Of a stretch of 64,000 bases of DNA, positions 52,151 through 64,000 are shown piece after piece; the first letter of the stretch is position 1; every line of letters begins with the position of its first letter. This DNA comes from Eledone cirrhosa. Lineage: Eukaryota. Under the pieces are notes generated by a model. It saw only the letters and a list, made by a program, of their open reading frames with translations. It ran no database searches and was not told where the DNA came from. A program made the position numbers and the translations under genes. The DNA lies in the NCBI GenBank assembly GCA_964016885.1, contig OZ024740.1, positions 121,086,001 to 121,150,000 of the forward strand. Direction: 5' to 3'.

Positions 52151-55100
52151 GCATAAGCCCTTCTTCAGGCGAAAAGTGGGTGGGAAGAGAGTTCCGAGGG
52201 TGTGTAGGGGAGTGGAAGAGAGACATGTAGAAAAAAGGGGTGGAGAGGAAAGGGAGGAAAAACGTTGGAAGGGGTACACATAAAAATAAAAAAAATAAAA
52301 ATAAACATGAAGATAAACAAGTGGTGGAAGGATGTGGGGCGTGTAGGTGTGGTGGCGCGTGGAGTGGGTAGAGGGAGGTGGGGTGTTCGAGCGGGGAGGG
52401 GTTAGTGGAGTGGGGAGGGGGATGGCATTCCGGAGGCTGAGTGTGTATATATGTGGGGGTACGCACGTGTGTGTGGTGCTTATACCTTTTGTGGATGTAC
52501 GTGGCGTGGTTCGAAAAACATTTTTTTCAGTGTATGTCCGTGGGTAAGTTCCTAAGGTAGTTCCGTCGAGGGTGTGAAGAGCTGCCGGATATTTTCCATG
52601 TGAGGGAGTAGATAGTGGGAACGATGGCCAATGGTGTGTAATCCGTGGTTGTGTTGGTCGGAAGAGGGGAGATGTGGGGTGCGCGCGCAACAGGAAGTGG
52701 TCAGAGGATCAAGGCAGGATGAGAGTAGAGGAGAATGACAGGTGGAGAGGGCTGTGTGTCTGTGTGTGCGGAGAAGTGGTCAGATGGTCAAGGCATAGCA
52801 GCAGTAGAGGAGGTTGGCAGGTGGAGGTTGGCAGTGTGTCAGTGTGTGGGGAGGTGCGGTGGACAGGGGAGAGGATGGGTAGGTGTGAACGGTGGAGCGG
52901 GGAAGGGGTCATGCGGGGAGAAGGGTGTGTATTAGTAGAGATGTTAGTGGGATGTGTGTGTGTGTGTGAGAAGGGGTATAGGTGGAGCGGGGAGAGGGGA
53001 GAGGGAGAGATAATGTGTGGGGGGAGGTGGAGGGAGTGTAGTGTAGTGGTGAGTGTGTGCGTGTTTGGATGAGTGTTTGTGTGTGGTGAAGGGGGTGTTA
53101 GTGGGTGTTAGTATACTGGTGGTGGGCAAAGGGTTGAATGCGGGTGTGTTATTGGGGGTCAGTGGTGGTAAGGTGTGTAGAGTTGGTGGTGTAAGTGGGT
53201 GTGGGGGTGGGGCGTGGGGTGGGGGTGTTCGTGTGCGTGGGTTCTGGGGGATGTTAGTGGTATTAGTTGTGGGGTGGTGGGAGTTGATGTGTAGGTGAGG
53301 GTTAGTGGTGGTAGTAGTGTATGTGGATAGTGGGAGTGCGTGTATATATGTACCGGTGGGTCTGTGCGTCATAGGGGGAGGGGTGGGGATGTTAGTATTG
53401 CTTGTTGGGGGAGGGTAGTCGGGGGTGGGGTGGGTTTTTAGTATTGTTAGTTGTGGGGTGGTCCAAGGGGGTGGGCGGTGAAAAGGAGGAGTGTGTTAGT
53501 GGTGTTAGTGGGGGATATGTGTGTGTAGGGGGTGGCAGGGCGGTCGAAGGCTAAAGGAACAGGGTTGGGGAGTTCAGGCCAGGGGGAGTGTGGGTCTGTA
53601 GGGTGAAGATGGTGCGTTGTTCGACCCTGAGGCGGGTGGTGGGTGTTGCGTGGCATTGGAGTAGGCCACAGACTGTGAGGTGGTGCGCGGGATGTCCAGG
53701 GGATCCAAAGTGGCGGGCGATGGGGGAACTCCCGCGGAGACGAATATCCCGGAGGTGTTCTGTGAAACGGTCCGCCAGGCGACGTCCAGTCTGTCGGACG
53801 TAGGTTGCGCTGCACACCGTGCATTGAAATCGATAGACTAGGTTGGAGGAGGTGCAGCGGAAAGCGTGCCGGACAGAGAGGGAGTGGCCGTTGGGACCCT
53901 GGAAGGTGGTGGTGTTGGTGATGTGGGCGCAGGTGTTGCAACGAGGCCTGGAACAGGGAAGGAAACCGGGGAGGAAAGAAGAGCGTGGGTTGGGGTGTAG
54001 GGAGCTGCGGACGAGGAGGTTGCGGAGATGGCATGCGCGTTTGAAGGAGGGGAGTTGTGGGGATAGGAAGATGTGGGATGCGGGGGGGGGGTCGGACTGG
54101 AGGCGTCGGAAGGAGTGGAGGATGGTACGGTGGAGGGGTAGGGTGGAGGTGTTATATGTGCTGGGGAAGGGGATAGGGTGGGTGGGCGTGCGGTCGCGTG
54201 GTGTGAGGGTGGTGGAGCGGTGGACAGCACGGGCGCGAGTGAGGGCGCTGTGGACGAGGGAGGGGAGAGGGAGTAACTTCTGCGGATGAAATCGCTGACT
54301 ATGGAAAGGGCTTGGGACTCAAAGTCAGCATCTCGGCTTCAGAGGCGGCGGATCCTGAGGAGTTGGGAGTTGGGAATAGTGTTTAGTGTGTATAGGGTGG
54401 GAGGAGGTGAAGTCGAGGTAGGAGTAGCAGTCGGTAGGTTTGAAGAAGGCGAAGGTGACGAGGGAGTGATGGGAGGGATCGATAGCGACGGAAAGGTCTA
54501 AGAAGTGGACATGGGTGGTGGAGATAGAGGTGGTGAAGTAGAGGGAGGGGTGGAAGGAGCAGAAGAATGATTGAAACGAGACGAGCTATTCTAGGGTGAG
54601 GGTCGTAGCTCCGATACAGTCTTGATGTAACGACCATACAGTTCGGGTGTGGGGCCGGTGTACTGGGCAAAGATTTGGGTCTCAACATGGCCAACGAAAA
54701 CGTGGCATAGTTTGGGCACATTCTTGTGCTCATCGCTACCCCCGTGACCTGTTGGTAAAACTCAGCCGAGAAGGAGAAACAGTTGAGGGTGAGGACCAGC
54801 TCGGTGAAGCGAAGGAGGGTGCGGACGATGAGGTGGGAAGCGGTGGCGCGGAGGAGGGAGGAGGAGACAAGGTGTTGGATGGTGGAGGAAACTTGTTGTT
54901 GGTAGAGTGGTGTGGGACCGGAGGGTAGAGGGCGGTAGAAGAGCGGGTTACGGAGCTGCCTGAGGGCTTCAGCCGTGTAGAGGTCAGCGCGCCACACCAC
55001 CACGGCGTCTCCCTTGTCCGCCGGTTTGATGACGATGTCATCTCGGCTACGGAGGGAGCGGAGAGCGAGGAGTTCGCTCTGTGAGAGGTTATAGCGTTTT

Positions 55101-55509
55101 GAATGGTGGCGGAAGTCGAAGTGATTTACTGTGCTACGCCAGGCGTCGACGAACGCGTCCAGGGTGCTAAATTGCCCTGGAGCCGGCGTCCAAGACGATG
55201 GTCGTAGGCCCAGAGCGAGAAACGGGTCTGGCGCATTCGGAGCCGGTGGGTGGAGGGGGAAGCGGAGGTGGAGGTGTGGAAGTGTAGTCGGATGCCGAGG
55301 GGGATGAGGTGGAGGTGGAGGCAGCGGCTGAGGAAATGCATGTGGCTGGAGTGCCCGGTTTTGGCGAAGAGATGGTAGGAGAGTTAAGAATAAACATGAA
55401 GATAAACAAGTGGTGGAAGGGTGCGGAGCGTGTAGGGGTGGTGGCGGGTGGAGTGGGGAGAGGGAGGCGGAGTGTAGGTCGGTGTGTGTGTGCGTGTAGA
55501 TGGGGAGGG
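52151..55509 (-). mobile_element. Decayed GC-rich PLE (Neptune-like): RT and GIY-YIG remnants, long C/A-rich 3' region, truncated HHR
   Basis: HFLSRCL..LIP.G, IKPADKGDAVVVW, GVAM.TRM.P.YA, PCSRPRCNTC, YVRQTGRRLADRFTEH..PIARHF; about 80-bp direct repeat 52300-52380 / 55389-55468; CTGAAGAAGGGCTTATGC cut off at 52151. Confidence 0.88.
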
Positions 55510-55971
55510 ATATATATATATATATATAAGTCTTCTCAACTCTCCCCGACCGGCAGGATATCTACCACACACTTTTGGGTGGGTGACTGATGTCTTCTCT
55601 TGTGAAAATGGGTATAGCTTCCATTATGTAAAATCTCCCCATTTTGTCTCATTTCTCCCCCTTTTGGGGCACGCTTTTTCATGGTACTCCCCGTTTGGGA
55701 TTTAGAGGTTGGCAGGTCTGATATATATCCATCCAAATATCACGCACACACACAAACACATCACACACCCACACACACAGACACACATACAGATACACAT
55801 ACGCACATGCACACACACACAGAGACGCACGGACACACACACATACACAACTCCAAGTTGTACGCCACTTGATTCCATCATTTCCTCAACTAATTGTTGA
55901 TAATTTAAAAATCATATATAATGAGTATATTTGTTCGTTTGTACAGAAAAATACATACACACACACATAAA

Positions 55972-56100
55972 TCGAGGGGGTTTAAAATATTCCTGACTTG
56001 ATAGCTGCTACACGGACCTGGTTGGGGCCCAATATTCCGAGTTCTTTTAAAAGGGCTTAGAAAAACCGAAGGAGCGCTCCAATAAGAGTGTGAATGAGGG
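55972..56100 (+). mobile_element. Internally deleted mariner-like remnant
   Basis: CGAGGGGG..AAA..TTCCTG TIR-like start; KGLEK.KER.NK.V resembles a mariner transposase C-terminus. Confidence 0.4.
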
Positions 56101-56365
56101 TTTTTTTGTAAAAATTGTCTAATTTAATAATTTCTTGAATAAAATATTCTATATAAAAAGGTTTGAATCCTCGAGTTTCGACTTCTCATTCCGACATTCA
56201 CTGTCTTTCATTTTACATTTAATTTAATCGCAACAATTTATTTCAGAGTTTTCTTTAATCATTATCGAACATACCAACATACGTTATCCAGCCATTATGT
56301 TCGTGGCCTACCTGGGGTGTTCGGCCGCTTCACTTGGCCAATATAATCTGTCCTGCTATTCTTAC

Positions 56366-56424
56366 CTTAAAGATTTTAGCCACACAAATTTCCTCGATAT
56401 TTTCTTCAATACAAAACATATCGT
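56366..56424 (-). CDS. Candidate 59-nt host exon
   Basis: TTTAG acceptor and strong AG|GTAAGA donor; two open frames. Confidence 0.35.
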
Positions 56425-56590
56425 CTAAATTATGATGATTTCCCCCACATATATATCTCTCTATCTATAGTCAGATGATTCGTATTTTTTTTCTTTTTTG
56501 TTCATATCGTTGTTCATGTCCAAAACAGAAATATATCTATATGGGTCAGCAGATAGGTAAGTAGATAGATAGATAGAAAGTTGGTTATAC

Positions 56591-56623
<33 letters not shown>

Positions 56624-56626
56624 GAT

Positions 56627-56706
<80 letters not shown>

Positions 56707-56761
56707 TCATTAAAATTTTGTACACTTAACACAAGCCCAACATACACATGCATACACATAT

Positions 56762-56804
<43 letters not shown>

Positions 56805-57809
56805 TAGTGAGAAATACACAGTTATATACATAGATATACTTTTTGAGGTGGTGAGATGAAACATAATAACTTAATATCTAGGCTTTTGTCTTAACATTAA
56901 CTTGTCATACTTTTCTACAACATTATTAATGATTCAATTAAATTGAAAAAAGTCACGAAAAGAATAATTCTGGAAAGTGTTCATAGTTATTCTCATTAAT
57001 ATTAATGAAAACAGCAGGAAGGACATTAATGGGTGTCGGTGACTTCCATATAGAAAGTAAATATAACAAGTGGAAATTGGCGTGAACAGTTTCAAATAAA
57101 CGGGAATAACTCAATATGAAGAGAAAGTTAGAGATAGACAGATTAAGAGATACAGCGAAGAGAGCAACTGAGATGACACAAAGAAAGAGAGTGATACACA
57201 CACATACACACACATACATACACACACAAACAAACACACACTCACGCGCATACACACACACAAACACATGCACAGACACATACACATATCATTTTTCTTT
57301 TTACATAATTGTACTCCAAAAATACAAACACAAACTTGCCAAAAAAAGAAAACCAACCCTAAAATCACAATTATGCTCCTCCAAATATGCAATTACTAAG
57401 AAGGCGAATCCACCAGGCCATGATAGACTTTGATATATTATGCCTTTCCAGTTGTGTCTACCAGATAAATTTGAATTATATAATGCACTGAATACTTTAA
57501 TCCTATCTTCAGAAGAACACTTCGTCAACGGGAATTTACTGTATGCATTAACACAGACATGATGCGTTTTATATAATTTTTCTCCTTTCGCAACTCCACA
57601 CAACAGCTGTATACAATAAAACTAAACTAGGCAAACACATTCTCTACAAAATGCAATTACTCAATGAATTCAAAATGCAATCCCATCCACTGCCTAGATA
57701 CTAAAAACACGTATACAAACACACACATGTATATATATATATATATGTATATATATATAATATATATATATGTATGTATGTATATTTCACAGAATGATAC
57801 TCAACGTAC

Positions 57810-57997
57810 AACGTCATGGTCCGCCATGTTGGGAGAATAAACTTGAACTTCCGACTAAATAGCAAGACTATCCCATCAAAATCCTTTGCGGTTAGAGCCT
57901 GTTTCCACGATAACATATAGGGAAAGTCACCAACAGCAGAACAAGCTGATAAAGACGCAACGACTAAGAAGGAGTGCAGTTGGTTGAACTGGCCCTG
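57810..57997 (-). CDS. Candidate exon with 5' UTR and start codon (ATG at 57827, MADHDV)
   Basis: TTTTTCCTTCAG|CAG acceptor, AACATGGCG Kozak-like context, GTACGT donor. Confidence 0.4.
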
Positions 57998-58980
57998 CTG
58001 AAGGAAAAATATATGAAAGCAATGACAATTTCTACGAGATGTAAATTGAAAAACTGAGACGAATGTAAATGATGTAAGATCTATTTATTCGGGCTGGATT
58101 CTGCTGCTGCAACACAGCCACCTTGAATAATAAGAATATTGACAAAACTCTGGCGATCACTATGGATAATCGTACTTCTGAAAGACGTTGCAATAACGGT
58201 TATATACCCATCAATTCCTTGAGGAATCCTGGTTCAATGTATAATACAATATATATTACTAATTAGTAATTATTTATTCAAAATATTTACCATATAAGTC
58301 TTCGTTGTTGATATGCTCCAGTATATCATTAATACTTATTTTATTGTCTAAAGTCTATAGTGTCTCTCGAACCCTGACTTTCATCTAGCCGGTGTTTATC
58401 CCATTTTCCGTGTCATTATGGGAGTGAGAGTACAAGACACACCAAAGAACAGGATGCCAGTTTATCGTAGGGTTAAACCCCCAGCAATTGTTAGTGCTCA
58501 TTTTCAGCTGACTATATGTAGCACCGTGAAATGAAATGTTTTGCTGAAGAACAAAACACACAAACCAGCCGAGAAATTGAATCCACAACATTATGATCAT
58601 ACGTCAAACGATTTACTACAGTGGAACAAAAGGCGAAACTGTGTCACATGGTATTTGATCTTAGAAGAAAAAGAAGAATCTATCTACTATCACTATCCTT
58701 TCTTGCAGTCAGTGGTTTTATCCTATCGACAGTCTCAACAATAATCTATTGGTGGTTAAGGTGGTGGTTGTTAGTGGGGGTTGTGATGTATAAGAAGAAG
58801 GGGAAGTAAAGAAGTGAAGATGGAAGAGGCGAATAAGGAAAAGGAGAAAAATAGTAAAATGAGAGAGGAATGAAAATGTGAAAAGAAAGAGACTGACGAA
58901 AAAGAAAAAAAGGAAAATTCATTAGAAGTGGAAAAAAAAAAAAGAGTGCAGGAGGCAGAGGAGGTCAGGGGAAAAATAAT

Positions 58981-59088
58981 AGAAGAAGAAGAAGAAGAAG
59001 AAGAAGAAGAAGAAGAAGAAGAAGAAGAAGAAGAAGAAGAAGAAGAAGAAGAAGAAGAAGAAGAAGAAGAAGAAGAAGAAGAAGAAGA
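58981..59088 (+). repeat. (GAA)n microsatellite
   Basis: Directly visible. Confidence 0.97.
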
Positions 59089-59476
59089 AAAAAGATAGAG
59101 ATAAAGAAGAAATAATATCACTTGGGTATCACACGGCTATTAAATATCTGACATTTCAGAAGGGTGGTTTGCAAAAGCAAATAAAAAAGTAAGAATGAAT
59201 GAAAGAATACATAAATAAAAGTACAAAAATGCCAATAAGGTACAAACTTTCAAAATATATGTTTATGCGAAAAGGTTCATCGTACTCGGCTGTCAATCAT
59301 CCGAAGAATTGATTTCAAAGTGGCCACAGTTCAGCACTTGTTGGTGAAAGATGCTATACAGAAATTTGGATATTGAGAAAACGTTATAAATAAATAAATA
59401 AACGTTAATGAATAACAAAAACGACTCTCTTATATGTATATATATATACATATATATGTATATATATATATATATA

Positions 59477-59602
<126 letters not shown>

Positions 59603-60028
59603 TATGTGTGTGTGTACATCTATATACACACACGCACGCACACATACACATATATGTATATAATAAAATCCACATTGAAAGCAATCATTAAATATCTGAC
59701 TGACGCTCGACATTTATTTTAAGTGCTACATCATACCCACTGTTAATGTGGTAGTTGTGTGAAGCCTTGTGGAAAACTTTTTTTTTTCCTCAATGGGAGC
59801 GAACGGGGTGAATAAATCAGGAAATTATGGACAAGATTTATATCGCAACTATTGACAGAGAAATGATATCTCGAATAGCGTAAATAATTTTAGAGCTTTG
59901 CTCTCCATAGATAGAATTGTCAAGCCGGAAGTTCTGTGTGTTATAAAGAAATTGTAGTGAACACAAACACACCCACACCAACAGGTTCATTTATATATTT
60001 GTATATATATATATAATATATATATATA

Positions 60029-60110
<82 letters not shown>

Positions 60111-60115
<5 letters not shown>

Positions 60116-60370
60116 AACAAGTATGACCCCGACGGCAGAGCTCAAGCGGTTTCGACGGCTATTATTGGATTTAATAAGAATTTTTAGCCTGGTAAATAGA
60201 TAGCTATTTATTTAACAGGCTAAAGATTCTTATTTAGTCCGGAAATAGCCGTCGAAACGGCTTGAGCTCTGCGTCAGGTTCATACTTGTTCCTATTACCC
60301 ATTCTACTACCCTAAGTATTGAGTACTTTGGTGCGTTATGATCCATCTGGTTACTTACCATAATGCCTTC

Positions 60371-60373
<3 letters not shown>
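60111..60373 (-). mobile_element. Fold-back repeat family, copy 2: 185-bp imperfect hairpin 60111-60295 plus unique arm, between (TA)n tracts
   Basis: ATAGGAACAAGTATGA...TCATACTTGTTCCTAT; arm matches 6682-6765. Confidence 0.8.
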
Positions 60374-60447
<74 letters not shown>

Positions 60448-60619
60448 TAATAATAAGAAACTTGAAGACGAAAATCCAAAGAGGACTCGATAAGGATAAA
60501 TATATATCAAATATATAAGAATCATAGAGCATAACGACCATTCCACTTATTACAATGAAGCTCTTGCTCGAAGTTAATTTGTCGATAAGGTAGCATATAC
60601 AGAGCACGAAAATAGACCT

Positions 60620-62300
60620 AGAAGAAATAGATCCCGTCGCATTTGTTTATATAACCCACCATATAATATGGAGGTGGCCACATCATTAACTAAGATCTTT
60701 CTTTCCCTTATTACGAAGCATTTTCCCCCTACACATAAATATAGTAACATTTTTAATAGAAATACTATTAAAATGTCTTACTCTACGACTCCTAACCTTG
60801 CACATAACATCACAGCTTCAAATTTAGCTAAACTACCTAGCCGTAGGAACACGTGCAACCCTGTAGTTAGTACTAACTGTAATTGTAGGAATCGGGCTGA
60901 TTGCCCCCTATCCGGGAAATGCCTCTCTAGTAACATTGTGTACAAATGTAAGGTTGTAACACCCACGTCCCATAGGGTTAACCGCCAATAGTTTCAAGCA
61001 GCGTCTTTACATGCATACCCATTCTTTTCGTTACCCTCTAAGAAGGAATATGACGTCACTTTCAGCTTATATCTGGAGTCTAAAAGACAACCACACCCAT
61101 TATAAGTTACACTGGGAGATCCTAGCTAGGGCTAGATCGTATAACGGAAATAAAAGACCATGTGACCTCTGCGCCGCTGAGGCCCTGGAAATACTCTACG
61201 CCACAGACCACATCTTAAACAAAAAATCTGAGGCAATTTCGGCTTGTAAACATAAATTGCACAAAATTTTCCTGTATTACAGCCCCACGTTATACCCTAA
61301 CGGATAGTACGATCTATACGTGGATATTTTACGTCTTGATGTGGGAGATAAGTATATGTTTTGTTTATTCCTTTACTTATTTGCATAGGTAAGTATATAT
61401 TACCCGTATGTTTTGTGAAGATGCGTATACCTTCTCGTACGTATATTTGCTTGTTATGGCGTATACTTTTATATTTCTGGTACATAGGGTTTGGCTATGT
61501 GTATACGGGAGTTTTGCGTCTGTGTGAGTATGCAGGTTCGTACGTATGGTGGGTGTGTGTATATGTGTACTTCTTGTTTTAGTTGACTTACGTCTCCGAA
61601 CGTATGTGTATTTATATGTAGGTATGTGTGTGCGCTTGTTATATACGTATTTATTTATTCTTATACGTTTATATAATTATTTATTTATTTGTATACACGC
61701 ATACACACACACACATATTTATATGTGCGGGGTTTTGTATACCTATGGTAAGGTTTTGTGTATGCTTGTGTATGTACGTATTTGTTTGCGTGTATGTATT
61801 TATTTATTTCAATTACTTCTGTATTGTATTTATTTACTTTGTTCTTAACTCTGTAGCGGAGATTCATTTGGTCTCCTAGTCAGAATTTTAGTCTACGACT
61901 TCTGCTATACCATTTACGTGGTTTTGTCTTGGCGTGCTATTGTTCCCCACACTCCACATATGACGTATTATCTTCGTTTTTTCGTTCATTGCCAGAGAAC
62001 GTCTCTATGCACCACCTAAGAGAACATTAGTCTACGACCTCTTTTATACCATAAACGTAGTTCTGTCTTTCGCGTAATTGTTTTTCACCGCTCCTATTAA
62101 TGACGTATTATTCGTTTTTTCCCGTTCTTTGCCAGCGAACGTTACCACGAACCAAAGTATCGTCTTCCTGTCTTCCTCCAGTTGCATCGTTTTTTGAAAT
62201 ATCCAGTTCTGCGTTTACAGATTGACTTCGTTAGTTTCAGAAGATCCCGTTAAGGGTGAAAGCAGCGATTCTTTGCTTAAACTTTAATCTGTTATTTTAA
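60620..62300 (+). mobile_element. 5'-truncated PLE (same lineage as the 25-29 kb element): frameshifted GIY-YIG region 60620-61307 plus pseudo-LTR
   Basis: KHFP..HKY..IFNRNTIKMSYS, CNCRNRADCPLSGKC, TSLSAYIWSLK, CDLC..E, CKH; about 139-bp tandem duplication 61889-62143. Confidence 0.88.
62217..62292 (+). ncRNA. Type I hammerhead-like motif with CAGAAGA core
   Basis: AGTTT/AAACT plus ACAGATTGA/TTAATCTGT stem I; CAGAAGA 62238-62244; CCC/GGG stem II; GAAA 62258-62261; stem III AGCAG/TTGCT. Confidence 0.68.
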
Positions 62301-62340
62301 TAAATATAGTTTAACTATATAAAGTTTTAACTATATATAT

Positions 62341-62384
62341 ATATTGTTATACTTTGGGAGGGTCATGTTGCCAATTCAGAAACG

Positions 62385-62387
<3 letters not shown>
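62341..62387. mobile_element. 47-bp minimal family A insertion: inverted terminus fused to tail terminus
   Basis: ATATTGTTATACTTTGGGAGGGTCATGTTGCC (matches 45541-45572) joined through AAT to TCAGAAACGAAA (matches 3542-3553). Confidence 0.85.
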
Positions 62388-62420
<33 letters not shown>

Positions 62421-62421
62421 T

Positions 62422-62459
<38 letters not shown>

Positions 62460-62460
62460 G

Positions 62461-62558
<98 letters not shown>

Positions 62559-62580
62559 GGAGGTCATATAACTGTCCATG

Positions 62581-62646
62581 CATTAATAAATTGCTCCGAA
62601 GAATCCAAACCTCGGTTTGGAGGAAACAGCTGTAAGCACAATAATG
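62581..62646 (+). ncRNA. Type I hammerhead-like motif with CCGAAGA core upstream of an intact PLE ORF
   Basis: TGCT/AGCA stem I; CCGAAGA-A; stem II TCCAAAC/GTTTGGA; G-GAAA; palindromic stem III ACAGCTGT; GTA triplet ending at 62634. Confidence 0.78.
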
Positions 62647-62887
62647 TTTTGAACAGTTCTTTGATTCTTATATTTCATATAACTGCTCTGTAAATCATCT
62701 GATGTTTTTACATTGAGCTACTTAACTTACTGGTAATAAGGTAGTAATACATTACTGCCTACCACTATTTAGGGTGTGTGTAAAATACTTACAACTGCTT
62801 AAGGTTTTGTGTTTACATAACCATAAATAGTATAACTAATACTATTAACTGCTCCATATCGTTGAGCTGACATATAATATTGCCAAT

Positions 62888-64000
62888 ATGCTAATCAAAG
62901 ACCAACTCCCCATGTCAACCAAGAACATACCAATACCATCCAGGAATACATATGAGAAATTGCTGATCAACAGTGTAAATTCATTTATCAATAGAGTGAG
63001 ATGGAGGACATTCCATTATGATAGAAACAAATCTAACAACTTGAATAATACTAACAATTTTGACTCCTTCGGCTTTAAAACCTTTAAAAGCCCCCCTCAT
63101 AACACTCTACTTAACTCCTTTGAAAATGACCTAGTTAAACTAGTTAAGAACATTAAATACAATAAGCACCATATTAGAAGCAACACCTTCTTAAACAAAC
63201 TTAACACTTCTATTAGTGGATTCAAAACTAGTAATAAAATTATTGTACACGCAGATAAAACTAATAACATATACAGCCTAGATTATATTACTTATAGAAA
63301 GTTTATATATAATGAACTACATAAAAGCTACAAAAAAACCACCTTGAAAAACTTAGAAGATATTAATGTAGAGGGTTATAATATAGTGTCTAAACTAGGA
63401 CTACAGAGGCATACACAACCTTTCACTCCGAACCCCCCTAGATTCTCTCTGAAGGACCATAAGGAGAACTTCATCAGCAACCCCACGATAAGACTTATCT
63501 GCCCTTCCAAGTCCGACATTGGTATTATCAGCAAGAAGATTTTGGATAAAATCATCCCACAAATTAAACACAAGATACACCTTAAACAATGGGGAAATAC
63601 GGGTGAAGTAATTGAATGGTTTAAGGATATCAAGAATAATAAGAACAACAAATTTATTCAATTTGATATCAATTCATACTACACCTCTATTTCCCCTATC
63701 CTATTAAATAAGGCACTTATCATGGCCATGACCAATAGCGACCTGACTAGAGCCCAGGTTGATGTCATCCTTGCGGCCCGTAAAACCATAATCACCTTCG
63801 AGGACCAACTATGGACACGCAAGGATACGCACAACAACTTCGACATAACCATGGGATCTAGTGACTCGGCGCAGGTCACTGATTTGGTCGGCCTATACCT
63901 CCTCAATGAAATCCATAAAGACCTCCCTTACCTCAACGGTGGTTTGTACCGCGATGATGCACTTCTACTCATAGAATATAAAAAATTTAATATAGAAAGA
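62888..64000 (+). CDS. PLE reverse transcriptase, open to window end (371 codons; absent from ORF track, probably because no stop lies in the window)
   Basis: Manual translation MLIKDQLPMSTKNIPIPS...RVRWRT...ADKT...LKDHK...QFDINSYYTSI...TMGSSDSA...GGLYRDDAL with no stop; homologous to 27423-28733. Confidence 0.92.
   Translation, partial: MLIKDQLPMSTKNIPIPSRNTYEKLLINSVNSFINRVRWRTFHYDRNKSNNLNNTNNFDSFGFKTFKSPPHNTLLNSFENDLVKLVKNIKYNKHHIRSNTFLNKLNTSISGFKTSNKIIVHADKTNNIYSLDYITYRKFIYNELHKSYKKTTLKNLEDINVEGYNIVSKLGLQRHTQPFTPNPPRFSLKDHKENFISNPTIRLICPSKSDIGIISKKILDKIIPQIKHKIHLKQWGNTGEVIEWFKDIKNNKNNKFIQFDINSYYTSISPILLNKALIMAMTNSDLTRAQVDVILAARKTIITFEDQLWTRKDTHNNFDITMGSSDSAQVTDLVGLYLLNEIHKDLPYLNGGLYRDDALLLIEYKKFNIER

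Noticed and set aside
52151-55509. Bacterial contamination or island suggested by high GC
   Set aside because: Encodes PLE motifs and is contiguous with host microsatellites

Overview
AT-rich, microsatellite-saturated animal DNA. An octopus-like genome is my inference from the (TA)n/(CA)n load and the SINE family. No prokaryotic genes, rRNA, tRNA genes or CRISPR are supported. The window is a nest of Penelope-like retroelements (PLEs; RT plus C-terminal GIY-YIG) of at least three lineages, mostly inserted into (TA)n tracts. It also holds Tx1/L1-type LINE fragments, tRNA-derived SINEs, a probable non-autonomous Helitron and a few candidate minus-strand host exons. The main signal the ORF track misses is RNA. 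By eye I find about 18 type I hammerhead ribozyme (HHR) motifs from about 10 unrelated repeat families. Highlights: (i) an ORF-less 310-bp tandem array with one HHR per unit (retrozyme-like, 1-848); (ii) family-fixed non-canonical cores CCGANGA and CAGAAGA in PLE pseudo-LTRs; (iii) a near-perfect 5.8-kb palindrome of two head-to-head PLE copies with uninterrupted 786/790-aa ORFs; (iv) the same inverted-arm-plus-tail architecture repeated from 47 bp to 5.8 kb. All folds and alignments were done by inspection, and clade names are tentative.
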